Below, in pieces: positions 1 to 10,419 of a stretch of DNA of 64,000 nt. How positions within the stretch are numbered: position 1 is the first letter of the stretch; each line of letters starts with the position of its first letter. The translations under genes and the position numbers were made by a program. The DNA lies in NCBI GenBank assembly GCA_016218025.1, contig JACRFD010000079.1, positions 243-64,242 of the forward strand, read 5' to 3'. Under the pieces are notes generated by a model. That model was not told the DNA's origin. It was given only the letters and a program-made list of their open reading frames with translations, and searched no databases. The DNA comes from Ignavibacteriales bacterium. Lineage in GTDB: Bacteria > Bacteroidota > Ignavibacteria > UBA10030 > SZUA-254.

Positions 1-1
1 G

Positions 2-142
2 AACAACGTTTTGATGGGCTCAGCAATTTTGAATAATAAATTATACATTATTGGAGGTTCGGATGGGCCTCCAAAATGGAATGGATATAATACGGTTTAT
101 GAGGGAACTATCGAGGAATCACCTAATATTATTAAACATTGA
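2..142 (+). CDS. 3' end of a probable Kelch-repeat protein (truncated by window start)
   Basis: Frame 2 is open from the window edge and reads NNVLMGSAILNNKLYIIGGSDGPPKWNGYNTVYEG...KH*. 'LYIIGG' is Kelch-like. Not in the ORF track. Confidence 0.55.
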   Translation, partial: NNVLMGSAILNNKLYIIGGSDGPPKWNGYNTVYEGTIEESPNIIKH

Positions 143-167
143 ATATTATCTGAATTCAATGATTGAT

Positions 168-371
168 TATTCCAAAACTGCAGATTATCCACTCTTATTA
201 ATTAATGGTGAGAAGGATAATATCGTTGACAAAAAAGGCTGCGATTTAATTTTTGGAAACTGGAAACATGAAGACAAACGATATGTATTAATCGAAAATG
301 GTTCACATGGAAAATCAACTGTAGTTTAAGCAAATAAAATAATTCAAAAATGGATAACGAACAAATTATGA
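168..371 (+). pseudogene. alpha/beta-hydrolase C-terminal remnant, copy 1
   Basis: YPLLLINGEKDNIV...ENGSH resembles the Asp/His end of the hydrolase fold. In-frame TAA at 327-329 where copy 2 has CAA; the frame continues ANKIIQKWITNKL*. Confidence 0.65.
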
Positions 372-483
372 ATAATAAACTCAGTCCGATATGTGCACTT
401 ACTTTAATAAAATGTTTTTTACAACCTTGTACTTTTAAAATAATTAAATGTCATTATAGAACAACATAAAACAAACAACAAAA

Positions 484-534
484 ATGAAAAAAGCAATAAT
501 AATTGGTGCGACATCTGGAATAGGAAAAGGACTT
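484..534 (+). pseudogene. SDR oxidoreductase N-terminal stub
   Basis: MKKAIIIGATSGIGKGL is a Rossmann GxxxGIG motif. Similarity stops there and the frame runs into the next gene, ending at 624. Confidence 0.6.
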
Positions 535-571
535 GATTCAATTTGCATTAAATTATTTGGAGAATTAAAAA

Positions 572-1969
572 ATGAAAAAAATACTTTTAGCTGTACTCTT
601 TACCGCTTCAATTACAGTGTCTGAAGCACAAGAGCAAATCCCGCACAGTATTAACACATATATGACACCCGAAGACAAATTGTATGCTCTGTCGAAAATC
701 TGGTCAGAGGCCAAGTATAATGAGGCTTTTTTTGAAAATGTGGGTGAGAAAGTATGGGATAGCACATATCTTGCCTTGATAAAACCAGTTATGGAATCCA
801 AAAGTGATAACGAATGCTATCGCATATTACGCCGTTACTGTGCTATGTTAAAAGATGGTCACTCCTATGTCTCTTACGAATATGATCCAACTATTACAAC
901 CTACTTCGACAAGTTTCAGATTATTGTCAGACCTATTGAAGGTCGGGCAATAGTATCCCAAATAAGCAGCAAACAGAGCCGTTGGATTCCCGTCGGCAGT
1001 GAGATTATTGAAGTAAATGGCATGACGACAGTTAAATACCTTAAAAAAATGATTATTCCATATATAAGTTCTTCAACAACACAATATTTAATGGATAAAT
1101 CAATTAGTGAAATGTTTGCTTCGTTAAAAAATGATCAATATGACATTACCTTCTTGACACCCAACGGTGATGAAATTAGGACTCATGTAGTTCACAATGT
1201 TCTGCCCGAGATTAAAATTGATTCATTGGTCCCGAATGAAAAAGAGTGGAAGTTTGTAGAACTTATATGGTATCCTGATGATGTTGCATATGTTGCGATC
1301 AATTCATTTAACGGCAAACAGGTCGTTGATGATTTCGAAGCTGTTTTTCCGGAACTAAAAAAACGTGCCAAAGGCATTATAATAGATATTCGAAATAATG
1401 GAGGTGGAAATACCGGTTATGCAGCACAGGTACTTAGTCGGTTAACACCTGATAACGATCTTGTCGGCGCTTCCTGGTCTACACGTGTACATAAGCCGGA
1501 TCTGATGTCATGGGGAAAATATGTTAATGCGAAAGATACTATAGGAAATATTGAAAATAAGAAGATGTACGAAATCGCCAACCACAAGTATTTTGAAAAA
1601 GGAGGAGAGTCCAATTTCACTTTTGACGTCAATCGGGAACGTATTGTTGTTCCAATGGCCATACTTATCGGACATACAACCTTTTCTGCTGCAGAAGATT
1701 TTCTTGTATTTTGTGATAATCAAAAACATATTACTCTTATTGGCGAAGCGACGGCCGGCAGTACCGGCAACCCAATTACGTGGGATCTCCCGCATGGTGG
1801 ATTCCTCTCAATATGCTCGAAAAAAGATATATACCCGGATGGCCGTGAATTTGTAGGTATTGGGATAAAACCCGATATAGAATCGTATCTTACTGTTGAG
1901 GATTTTCGCAAAGGCAGAGACACAGTGCTTGAAACAGCTCTCAGTTTTCTAAATAATCAAAAAAAATAA
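572..1969 (+). CDS. S41 family peptidase, secreted
   Basis: Signal peptide; LKDGHS, IIDIRNNGGGN, TFSAAEDF (catalytic Ser) and GIGIKPDI motifs. Confidence 0.9.
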   Translation: MKKILLAVLFTASITVSEAQEQIPHSINTYMTPEDKLYALSKIWSEAKYNEAFFENVGEKVWDSTYLALIKPVMESKSDNECYRILRRYCAMLKDGHSYVSYEYDPTITTYFDKFQIIVRPIEGRAIVSQISSKQSRWIPVGSEIIEVNGMTTVKYLKKMIIPYISSSTTQYLMDKSISEMFASLKNDQYDITFLTPNGDEIRTHVVHNVLPEIKIDSLVPNEKEWKFVELIWYPDDVAYVAINSFNGKQVVDDFEAVFPELKKRAKGIIIDIRNNGGGNTGYAAQVLSRLTPDNDLVGASWSTRVHKPDLMSWGKYVNAKDTIGNIENKKMYEIANHKYFEKGGESNFTFDVNRERIVVPMAILIGHTTFSAAEDFLVFCDNQKHITLIGEATAGSTGNPITWDLPHGGFLSICSKKDIYPDGREFVGIGIKPDIESYLTVEDFRKGRDTVLETALSFLNNQKK

Positions 1970-1995
1970 TGGACTCAATGATTGATTGTTCGTAA

Positions 1996-2191
1996 AAAAA
2001 GCAAACTATCCGCTTCTGCTAATTTATGGTGAGAAAGATAATCTAGTTGATAAAAAAGGATGTGATTTGATTTATGAAAATTGGAAACATCAAAATAAAC
2101 AATATGTACTGATAGCAAATGGTTCGCATGAAAAATCAACCGTTACACAAGCAAGCGATATATTAAAAGATGGATAAAGAATAAAAATTAA
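1996..2191 (+). pseudogene. alpha/beta-hydrolase C-terminal remnant, copy 2
   Basis: ANYPLLLIYGEKDNLVDKKGCDLIYENWKH...NGSH aligns with 168-371. An apparent 1-nt deletion lies before the shared TGG ATA (WI). Confidence 0.65.
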
Positions 2192-2204
2192 ATGTGAGAG
2201 AAAA

Positions 2205-2612
2205 ATGAAACTAACAATGATTTTAAAACCCGGAATAATTGCTGGCTTAATAATTATTATAAGTGCCGCTACAATGGTTCCTGTTGTTGGTAATGAAATG
2301 GATTTAGCATTAGCCAAATTTAATTTGCCGCCATTAAGTTTAGGCGACATGATGTTTTTCTTTGGCGTGTCTCTTTTCATTGGAATTATGTTGATGTGGT
2401 TATACGATACTTTATTTCCAATCTACAATTTGCGAATGAAAACAATACTTATTTCAGTATTAATAATTTGGTTTCCGGGATATTTATTGGCAAACTTGGC
2501 AAACGTTGTTTATGGATTTATGCCGGTTAAGCTTACTATCGTAGGAATAATTTGGGGACTTGGCGAATTGATTCTTGCCGGGGCCGTCGGCAGCCGGTTT
2601 TACAAAAAGTAA
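2205..2612 (+). CDS. hypothetical membrane protein (about 4 TM)
   Basis: 135 aa ORF with several hydrophobic segments. Confidence 0.75.
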   Translation: MKLTMILKPGIIAGLIIIISAATMVPVVGNEMDLALAKFNLPPLSLGDMMFFFGVSLFIGIMLMWLYDTLFPIYNLRMKTILISVLIIWFPGYLLANLANVVYGFMPVKLTIVGIIWGLGELILAGAVGSRFYKK

Positions 2613-2658
2613 AGTGAAAATGAATATTATTAAAATATAAATTAAAGGTATCTTCGTT

Positions 2659-3804
2659 ATGAAAAATTTATTCGGTACAAACAAATTAAACATAGGCATT
2701 GTATATTTATTGCTAATAATTGCTTCACAATTATCAGCGCAGGAAAATTTTATTCTTGGCAAATATAATAAAATTACCTCCGCTATTTTGAATGGCGATG
2801 TAACATATATTGTACACCTGCCGGATGGGTATGAAAACTCGGGCAAGAACTATCCCGTACTGTATATGTTGAATGCTCAAAGCTCCACCAATTTTGCTAA
2901 CGCAGTCGCTACGGTTGATAATTTATCCAACGAAAGAATTCCAAACCTAATTTTAATCGGAATTTCCAGCACCGGTGTAGCTTCAAATTTTATTTCGTGC
3001 CCGGATAGTACCGGCGCAATTCCACAAGCCGGGATGTTCTACAGCTTCCTCGAAAAAGAACTGATCCCCGGGGTAAACAAAAATTATCGTACTAATAACT
3101 ATAAGATTTTGATGGGACAATCAAACAGCGGATTGTTTGCATTGTACACTTTAATCAACCATCCGAATTTATTCGACGCTTTTGTTATTACGAGTCCTAT
3201 GCTGGGGTGGTGTCCGGATTATTATCTGAACGAAACAAAAAAATTATCACAAATCCTTACGGGCATTAATAAAAGAGTATATATCCCTTATGGCGAATTT
3301 GATTACGTGGAAGTGCTGAATAAAATTGATGACTGGGGTAAACAACTAAAACAATCTGCACCCGAAGGAATAAAATGGGAATTGGAATTAATTAAAAACG
3401 ACGGGCACGTACCATACGTTTCGCTTCATAATGGCCTGCTTTACATTTTTTCCGAGTGCACGATAACTCCAGAAAGAAAAAAATGGAGCGTCGATGAAAT
3501 CAAGATACATTTTGAGAAACTCTCTAAAGAATATGGATTCAAGATACAACCGCAAGGCGGAATTATTTTTGACATGGCTATGGATCTGAGAAACGAAAAA
3601 AAATACGACCGGGCTATTGAGCTATTCAACTATCTTCTGGGCGTCGAACCAAATTCGGCATTTTACTATTACGGTTTTGGACTCACTTATTTTCAAAAAG
3701 GTGATATGAAATCTGCCAAAGAGTGCTTTATAAAATCATTAGAGATCGACCCGGGAATGACACGCTCAAAAAAGATGATCGAGAGAATAGACGGGAGCAG
3801 ATAA
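2659..3804 (+). CDS. secreted alpha/beta-fold esterase (IroE/Fes-like) with C-terminal TPR
   Basis: YPVLYML, nucleophile elbow GQSNSG, DGH; TPR-like tail (AIELFNYLLGVEPNSAFYYYGFG). Confidence 0.85.
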   Translation: MKNLFGTNKLNIGIVYLLLIIASQLSAQENFILGKYNKITSAILNGDVTYIVHLPDGYENSGKNYPVLYMLNAQSSTNFANAVATVDNLSNERIPNLILIGISSTGVASNFISCPDSTGAIPQAGMFYSFLEKELIPGVNKNYRTNNYKILMGQSNSGLFALYTLINHPNLFDAFVITSPMLGWCPDYYLNETKKLSQILTGINKRVYIPYGEFDYVEVLNKIDDWGKQLKQSAPEGIKWELELIKNDGHVPYVSLHNGLLYIFSECTITPERKKWSVDEIKIHFEKLSKEYGFKIQPQGGIIFDMAMDLRNEKKYDRAIELFNYLLGVEPNSAFYYYGFGLTYFQKGDMKSAKECFIKSLEIDPGMTRSKKMIERIDGSR

Positions 3805-3893
3805 TGAGTATCAGACCGTTTAGTCGAATATTTAACAACAGACTTCGAAAAAATAAAACTGTAGTTGACAATAAATTTTAGAATGGAACAAAG

Positions 3894-4193
3894 ATGAAAT
3901 CACAAATAATTATCAAAACAGCACTTATGGCAATTATCATTTTTACGATGTTAGTTGCTGTTGCAGGGTGTACAGCATCAAAGATTGATGGGCACAATCT
4001 TTCTGTTGAAACCTCATGGGGATTTTGGGGCGGACTATGGCATGGCTTGATTGCCCCATTAACGTTTATAATTTCGCTGTTTACCGATAATGTTTCCATG
4101 TACGCTAAAAACAATGTGGGTGGATGGTACGATTTCGGATTCTGTCTCGGTGCAGGAATTTTATTCGGCGGAAGTTCAAAAGCATCATCTTGA
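3894..4193 (+). CDS. small membrane lipoprotein, hypothetical
   Basis: Lipobox VAGC; hydrophobic GFWGGLWHG...GWYDFGF segment. Confidence 0.75.
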   Translation: MKSQIIIKTALMAIIIFTMLVAVAGCTASKIDGHNLSVETSWGFWGGLWHGLIAPLTFIISLFTDNVSMYAKNNVGGWYDFGFCLGAGILFGGSSKASS

Positions 4194-4316
4194 CCTCAAT
4201 GGCAACTGACTATATTGAAAATTCAGGTATCTGATTTCTTCCTACATAAAAAAACATTGCTTGCTCTTCAATAAATGTTTATAAAACTATATTTAGAATA
4301 TCAAAGGTAATATAAT

Positions 4317-5039
4317 ATGAAGGTTTTAGTTCTTGGCTCTACAGGAGCAACAGGTAGATTGGTTGTTAAACAACTCATAAACAGAAATATTAAAGTTAAA
4401 ATTGTAGCGCGTAAAAACAATAACGAATTAAATGAATTATTTAAGCATGAACTTCTGGAAACTGTGGTCGGAAATATTTCCGAATTTGACCGGAATAAAA
4501 ATATTGATTTAATTAATGATTGTGATGCAGTCGTTTCATGTCTTGGGCATAATATTTCGGTCAAAGGAATTTATGGAAAACCAAGGATGCTTGTCGCCAG
4601 TAGCATTAGAAATATTTGTGAAGCAATTGAAGCGTCAAAAAAAGACAAAGTAAAAGTAATCCTTATGAATACAACTGCATGCAGGAATAGAGAAGGAGAA
4701 GAAAATTATTCTTTTGCCGATAGAGTTGTGCTATCTCTTTTAACTATTTTGTTGCCTCCGCATAAAGATAATGTAAAAGCTGCTGAATATCTTTCAAGTA
4801 CAATAGGAAAAAATAATTCAAAAATAGAATGGACAGCAGTAAGACCCGATACTTTGATAAATGAGGAGAAAGTAAGTAAATATGAAATTCTTGAATCACC
4901 GAAGAGAAGTCCTGTTTTCGATGCAGGAAAAACAAGTAGAATAAACGTCAGCCATTTAATGACCGAGCTATTGTTGGATGAAGGATTATGGAATCACTGG
5001 AAGTATAAAATGCCGGTGATATATAATCTTGAAAATTAA
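4317..5039 (+). CDS. NAD(P)-binding oxidoreductase (flavin reductase/BVR-B-like atypical SDR)
   Basis: VLVLGSTGATG Rossmann motif; DAVVSCLG; WTAVRP. Confidence 0.88.
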   Translation: MKVLVLGSTGATGRLVVKQLINRNIKVKIVARKNNNELNELFKHELLETVVGNISEFDRNKNIDLINDCDAVVSCLGHNISVKGIYGKPRMLVASSIRNICEAIEASKKDKVKVILMNTTACRNREGEENYSFADRVVLSLLTILLPPHKDNVKAAEYLSSTIGKNNSKIEWTAVRPDTLINEEKVSKYEILESPKRSPVFDAGKTSRINVSHLMTELLLDEGLWNHWKYKMPVIYNLEN

Positions 5040-5121
5040 ATATCGTACTGATCTGGTTCTCATATTTAACTTATAGCTTAATAATTAAGAAAACCATAAA
5101 ATAAATTAATTTACATCCTCA

Positions 5122-5613
5122 ATGTATCATAACACAATTATAAAAACTGCAGAAGATGATGTAATGATTCAATCTGCAAAGAAATTATTCTTGGAGTATG
5201 CTGAATCTCTGAATTTCAATCTCTGCTTCCAGAATTTTGAGAAAGAGGTTGCGGGTTTACCGGGTGATTACGCAGAACCGGACGGAAGACTACTGTTGTT
5301 ATATTACCATGACGAATCGGTGGGTTGCGTTGCGCTCAGGAAAGTTGCAGATAAAATATCTGAGATGAAGCGTTTGTACGTTATGCCAAAATATCGCGGC
5401 AAGGGCTTTGGTAGAAAACTCGCGATCGAAGTTATTCGACAGGCAAAAGAGATCGGTTATGAAAGAATGAAGTTGGATACGGTTCCATCTATGAAAGAAG
5501 CAATTAAGCTTTACCGAGAACTTGGATTTACAGAAGTTTCTGCTTACAGGTACAACCCTGTTGAAGGAGCGATTTACATGGAGTTGAATTTACTTGAATG
5601 GGGCGGTGAATGA
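5122..5613 (+). CDS. GNAT N-acetyltransferase
   Basis: EMKRLYV..YRGKGFGRKL acetyl-CoA motif; AIKLYRELGF. Confidence 0.92.
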   Translation: MYHNTIIKTAEDDVMIQSAKKLFLEYAESLNFNLCFQNFEKEVAGLPGDYAEPDGRLLLLYYHDESVGCVALRKVADKISEMKRLYVMPKYRGKGFGRKLAIEVIRQAKEIGYERMKLDTVPSMKEAIKLYRELGFTEVSAYRYNPVEGAIYMELNLLEWGGE

Positions 5614-6551
5614 AACGAGATTTACAATCGATAATATCTTCATCTCCGCTCATGTTAACGGAAGGATCTGTAATTGAGCGGCTGCGGAGAGAGTATCGTT
5701 ATGAGCTGCATCCACACATCCTTAATGCGAATTGCATTTACGATCCGAAGGGGAAAAATATTCTTGAAGAAATTTATCTTCAATACATTTCAATCGGAAA
5801 AAAGAAAAATATTCCATTAATCCTTTTTACGCCCACATGGCGGGCGAATCCTGAACGGCTCGGTAAATCGGGTCTGATGCTCAAAGATGTGAATGGAGAA
5901 AATTTCCGGTTTATCGATTCTCTGCGTAGCAAACAAGGTGCTTATGCCGAGAAAATATTGATCGGCGGATTGACCGGGTGCAAAGGAGATGCGTACAAAC
6001 CAGAAGAGGCATTAAGTGTTGATGACGCATTTCATTTTCATCAAACTCAAACGCGCGCGTTAGCAAATGCGGGCGTCGATTTTTTATTCGCAACAACATT
6101 ACCCGCTTTCACAGAGGCTTTCGGAATTGCTAAAGCAATGGCACTGACAGCCGTACCGTATATTATCAGTTTTGTGGTTTATGCTGAAGGAACGCTGCTC
6201 GATGGTACACCACTAAAAAGTGCGATTGAACAGATAGATAAACAGGTAACTCCGAAACCATTCGGATATTTTATCAACTGTGTTCATCCCACTGTTTTCG
6301 AACAGGCAATTAATAATTCCAAAAACTCATCAGCATTTGTCAGAGGACGAATACTCGGATTGCAGGCGAACACATCATCTAAAAGGCCCGAAGAGTTGGA
6401 TGGGAGTGTGGAATTGATTTCGGAAGAACCCGAACAATTCGCCAGTTCCATGGTTTTGCTCAATAAAAAATATGGAATCAAAATTTTGGGAGGTTGCTGC
6501 GGAACAAACGATAAACATATTGAATCGATTATGGAAATACTGCTTAAATAA
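5610..6551 (+). CDS. homocysteine S-methyltransferase family protein
   Basis: INCVHP and GGCCG zinc-ligand motifs; ATGA overlap with the GNAT gene. Confidence 0.9.
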   Translation: MKRDLQSIISSSPLMLTEGSVIERLRREYRYELHPHILNANCIYDPKGKNILEEIYLQYISIGKKKNIPLILFTPTWRANPERLGKSGLMLKDVNGENFRFIDSLRSKQGAYAEKILIGGLTGCKGDAYKPEEALSVDDAFHFHQTQTRALANAGVDFLFATTLPAFTEAFGIAKAMALTAVPYIISFVVYAEGTLLDGTPLKSAIEQIDKQVTPKPFGYFINCVHPTVFEQAINNSKNSSAFVRGRILGLQANTSSKRPEELDGSVELISEEPEQFASSMVLLNKKYGIKILGGCCGTNDKHIESIMEILLK

Positions 6552-6574
6552 ATGCAGGCAAGATTCTCTCCGCT

Positions 6575-7189
6575 TTATTTCGGTTTTACGACGCAGGCAA
6601 ATTGTAAATATCTTATATCGTCAATATATCTGAGAGTTAAAATATTTAATAAAGGCAGCAGAGCTGACTTTGCCGGCTTGAGTCCTTCGATCCGTATGAT
6701 TTGGTAATCTAATTTATAAAACATTTCCCGGATACTATTGATCGTGAAGAATCTGATGTGTGTCCTGTCTAAAATTCCGTCATCTTCATACTTCCATTGT
6801 TTTTTCAGCACCAAATTTTTCAGATTGTGGACAAATCTAACGTTCGGAATCGAACAGACAATTATGCCGCTCTGTTTTAATTTAGATTTCATTTTTAATA
6901 AAATTGTCTCAGGGTCATAAAGATGCTCGAGCACATCGTTAAACACGATGCAGTCGAAGTATGAATCGGGAAGCCGATCTATCGTGCTTGCAATATCACC
7001 CTGAATGAATTTATCGATTGAAATTTTATCGCGCAAAAGTTTATCGGTTATATCTGTTCCCCATACTTCACAATTTCTTTCCTTCTTAATCAGTGCACTA
7101 AATGTACCGAAACCGCAACCGACATCAAGCAATGTCTTGATCTCTGGCGGTATATATTTCAGCATCTCTATTCTATTGGGTGTTTCCAT
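6575..7189 (-). CDS. class I SAM-dependent methyltransferase
   Basis: LLDVGCGFG motif I; FDCIVFNDVLEHL. Confidence 0.9.
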   Translation of the reverse strand: METPNRIEMLKYIPPEIKTLLDVGCGFGTFSALIKKERNCEVWGTDITDKLLRDKISIDKFIQGDIASTIDRLPDSYFDCIVFNDVLEHLYDPETILLKMKSKLKQSGIIVCSIPNVRFVHNLKNLVLKKQWKYEDDGILDRTHIRFFTINSIREMFYKLDYQIIRIEGLKPAKSALLPLLNILTLRYIDDIRYLQFACVVKPK

Positions 7190-7246
7190 TTATTTTATTT
7201 TTTGATTATGTACGTCTTAACAAGAATATCTTGAAAATAATTTCAA

Positions 7247-9514
7247 TCAGTTTGAATAAAAATAATCTGTCAAATATTTTGTCCTCGGAATAATATAATA
7301 TTTATCTCCGCTGATTGAAACCGGATATGCTAATTTATTGAAAATAATCTGAATATTTTCTTTAATTGTATCCCTGCCGATTGTTGAGAATTTTACGGGA
7401 ATAACAAGATCGGTGTCGGGGAATGAATACCAGGAAATTTCTTTCCTGAGGTCTTTTTTTGTTCTGAATTGATACGGTGTATCGAAAGCCCGTAATTCAT
7501 CTTTATCTATTCCATAAGAAATGGAAACCGTATAAGGACGGAATTTTGTGTTAATGTGAAGTTGGATGTCGTAATGATTTGTGTCTCCCCGCCGTTGCTT
7601 CTCAATTTTGCGATTTATGAAAGTCCAAGTTGTGTCGAATTCATGACCGGGAATAATTTCCATCCTTGAGATTTTGGAACATATTAGTGTATCAGCTTCG
7701 GGATGAGTTATCTTGAAACCGTTGAGATATTCGGAACTTTTGACAGTAACATTTTTCACGTGCCGTGTCAAATCATAATTTTGTTCGATCGAGATATCTT
7801 TCTGCCAGAAGATATCGTTCGATGGTCGAATAACAAGCAGAATGGTAATTCCAATAAATATTAATAATGCGACTGAGAATGCTTTGTATGATTTTAAAAT
7901 TAAAATGTAATTTTTTAATTTTTCAGAATCTCTGATTGCAGCCGCAAAAGCGAGTAGAAACGGAAACATGTAAATACTTAAAAGAAAAATTACAGTGCCG
8001 TTCGCTATCAGCGATGTAATATTGTTGTTTAATTCAACTTTAGCAGCTTCATGGAATAGTATTTCACTCCACTCTGAAAATATTAATCTCAACATCCATA
8101 TCGGGGAAAGAATAAGTAAAGTCATCTTTAAAAAGGGATTGCGTATTAAAATTGCCAGGCTGATCAATAATAATGCCGCCGCCGGTTCGATACCAAGTTT
8201 AGGGTTTATATATCCAAGACTTATTGTGTAAATGGTTAGAAAAATAAATCCTCTCTTAAAAAAGAAATATGGACAATCCGATAAACGGATTTTAGAACTG
8301 AACCGTAAGGCAATCCAACCTCCAATTGCGGCTCCGATAAAAGATAAAATATAATAGAGGTTAATGTCGATAAACCACGAGTGGCGGACTCCTTTTAAGG
8401 CAGCGATGATGTTTGGACTGAGCCAGCCGAATGAAATAATTATTATCGTGAAAAAGAAAAGTTTCAATCCCGACCAGCGGACTGTTTTCGGTTTACGACG
8501 TTTTCTGATAACTAGTAATGAAATAATTGCAAGAACAATTGTCGATGAAATAAGCAACCAAATCATCCAATAAGAAAAGAAAATCGGAGTACTGCCTGCC
8601 ATGTAAAGCCAGTAATTTTCCAATGTTGACTGAGGTGTCAGGTTATCAAAACGTTTGATTAAATTTTGAACGACATCACCTGATCTTTTCAATCCGACCG
8701 GGTCAAAATTTTCAAAATTATCCTGCGGTGTGTGAACCGGATAACTCACATCGGAAATAAAAGCTATCGCAGGAATTCCTTTTTGAAGAAACGGTTCATG
8801 ATCAGATCCGGGACCGTCTGCTGCTGAATAATTAAGAGAGAAAAAATGCGTAGGATATCTCAAATTTGTATAACCAAGTTTTGCATATTCTTCAATTGCA
8901 GCACTCACAAGCCATCGTGGTGCACTTGCCGATTTGTGTGCATCCGGATCGATATCAAGTGGTCCTCTTCCATCTGCCATATCTAATTGGATCATCAGCT
9001 TAACGCTATCGATATCTTTGAAATTTCTGACAAAATGTTTAGAGCCAACGAGTCCTTTTTCTTCTCCGCCGAAACAGCAAAAGACAAGAGTTGAATTCAA
9101 TTTCTGATTGCATGAAATTCTTGCAGTTTCCAGAACTACTGTACAGCCGGAAGCGTCGTCATTAGTGCCCGGAATTTCCGGATCAGATGAATCAATATGT
9201 CCGCCGATTACAATGCTTTTCTTTGAATATCCGTACTTAATTCCCACGGCAACACCGCTTGAAGTGTTACCACCAATGTATCTATCTATCTGCATTATGT
9301 ATGCAGTATCGCATCCGTAGTTAAGAAATTTTTCAACTGCATATCTCAGAGCTTTTTGTTCAGCAGGCGAGCCCATCGGGCGGGGACCGATTTGCAAACT
9401 GAAATGTTTCAATATCTGATGGGCACTGTCTTGGGAAAAATTTGTTTGGGTTGATGAATTTGAAGAGAGAAAGCATATGCAGAGGAGAAATCTCAAAACG
9501 TTTCGAACAATCAT
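7247..9514 (-). CDS. M28 family metallopeptidase with multi-pass membrane domain
   Basis: GGHIDS, NDDASG, GGEEKGLVGS, SDH and HTPQD zinc motifs followed by about 8 TM segments. Confidence 0.88.
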   Translation of the reverse strand: MIVRNVLRFLLCICFLSSNSSTQTNFSQDSAHQILKHFSLQIGPRPMGSPAEQKALRYAVEKFLNYGCDTAYIMQIDRYIGGNTSSGVAVGIKYGYSKKSIVIGGHIDSSDPEIPGTNDDASGCTVVLETARISCNQKLNSTLVFCCFGGEEKGLVGSKHFVRNFKDIDSVKLMIQLDMADGRGPLDIDPDAHKSASAPRWLVSAAIEEYAKLGYTNLRYPTHFFSLNYSAADGPGSDHEPFLQKGIPAIAFISDVSYPVHTPQDNFENFDPVGLKRSGDVVQNLIKRFDNLTPQSTLENYWLYMAGSTPIFFSYWMIWLLISSTIVLAIISLLVIRKRRKPKTVRWSGLKLFFFTIIIISFGWLSPNIIAALKGVRHSWFIDINLYYILSFIGAAIGGWIALRFSSKIRLSDCPYFFFKRGFIFLTIYTISLGYINPKLGIEPAAALLLISLAILIRNPFLKMTLLILSPIWMLRLIFSEWSEILFHEAAKVELNNNITSLIANGTVIFLLSIYMFPFLLAFAAAIRDSEKLKNYILILKSYKAFSVALLIFIGITILLVIRPSNDIFWQKDISIEQNYDLTRHVKNVTVKSSEYLNGFKITHPEADTLICSKISRMEIIPGHEFDTTWTFINRKIEKQRRGDTNHYDIQLHINTKFRPYTVSISYGIDKDELRAFDTPYQFRTKKDLRKEISWYSFPDTDLVIPVKFSTIGRDTIKENIQIIFNKLAYPVSISGDKYYIIPRTKYLTDYFYSN

Positions 9515-10419
9515 GTCAAATTCCTTTTATAAAAATCCAATAATTTATTCTGATACTTCTCTCCGCCGATATCCCATGTATTATTGTGCGCGGCTCCTTC
9601 AATCGGATAAAGTTCCTTCGGTTCGGTTGCTTTCTCGAAAAGTTGAATTGAATATTGGTAATTGATTAACGGATCGACCGTGCCGTAAACAAATAGTATC
9701 GGGATGTGAATATTTTTTACCGATTCAAGCGGGGATACATCACGCGCCTTAAATTTTGCCCTCAGTTCCGAATGTATGATAACAATATTTCTGAGGTAAT
9801 GAAACGGAAGTTTGATAATCCGTTTCTGATAATCGTCGAAGATTTTCCGCAAAGCGGCAAACGAGTTTTCTGAAACAACGGCAGAAATCCGTTTATCTAT
9901 AGCTGCCGATTGAATTGCTACAGCCGCCCCCATTGAAGTTCCGAAAAGTCCGATTTTCCCCAGAGAGAGATCAGTGCGTGATACGAGATAATTGATGATT
10001 GTTGTGACATCGTTTTTTTCATGGTAACCGTAGGTGCAATGTGTACCTTCACTCTGTCCGTGCCTGCGTGAATCGTGAAGAAACATATTATAATGATTAT
10101 CGTGCATCAGCTTTGCGAATCGCAAACCGTCGATTTTGCAGTCTGCTACGCCATGCAGATAAATGATTGTCCCTTTTGCCGGTTGCTTTGATTTGATGAG
10201 CCAGCTATTAAGCCGGAATCCATCGTGTGTGTGAATATTGATTTCTTCGAATTCAAGATCGAGTTCTGTGGGATCTGTCGGCAACCCTGCTTTTCTGTAA
10301 AATTCAGCCGTTCTTCTTCGTGGTTGAAGAAGTAAAGTGGGACCGATGATAAATATTATTACCGTTGCTGAAATCAAGAAAACAGCCAAAGCTGCCGCAA
10401 GTGCGATAAGAAGTATCAT
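9511..10419 (-). CDS. membrane-anchored alpha/beta hydrolase
   Basis: N-terminal TM; YLHG, GTSMG, GTVD and AAHN triad motifs; 4-bp overlap with the M28 gene. Confidence 0.9.
   Translation of the reverse strand: MILLIALAAALAVFLISATVIIFIIGPTLLLQPRRRTAEFYRKAGLPTDPTELDLEFEEINIHTHDGFRLNSWLIKSKQPAKGTIIYLHGVADCKIDGLRFAKLMHDNHYNMFLHDSRRHGQSEGTHCTYGYHEKNDVTTIINYLVSRTDLSLGKIGLFGTSMGAAVAIQSAAIDKRISAVVSENSFAALRKIFDDYQKRIIKLPFHYLRNIVIIHSELRAKFKARDVSPLESVKNIHIPILFVYGTVDPLINYQYSIQLFEKATEPKELYPIEGAAHNNTWDIGGEKYQNKLLDFYKRNLT

Noticed and set aside
51-329. Track ORF of 92 aa as a real gene
   Set aside because: Its 5' part is an off-frame reading of the Kelch-like gene end; only 168 onward resembles a hydrolase.
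330-4316. Possible integron attC sites in the spacers (e.g. weak caacag/ctgtagttg hairpin near 3836-3868)
   Set aside because: No convincing RYYYAAC...GTTRRRY pairing with L boxes, no repeat shared between spacers, and no integrase in the window.
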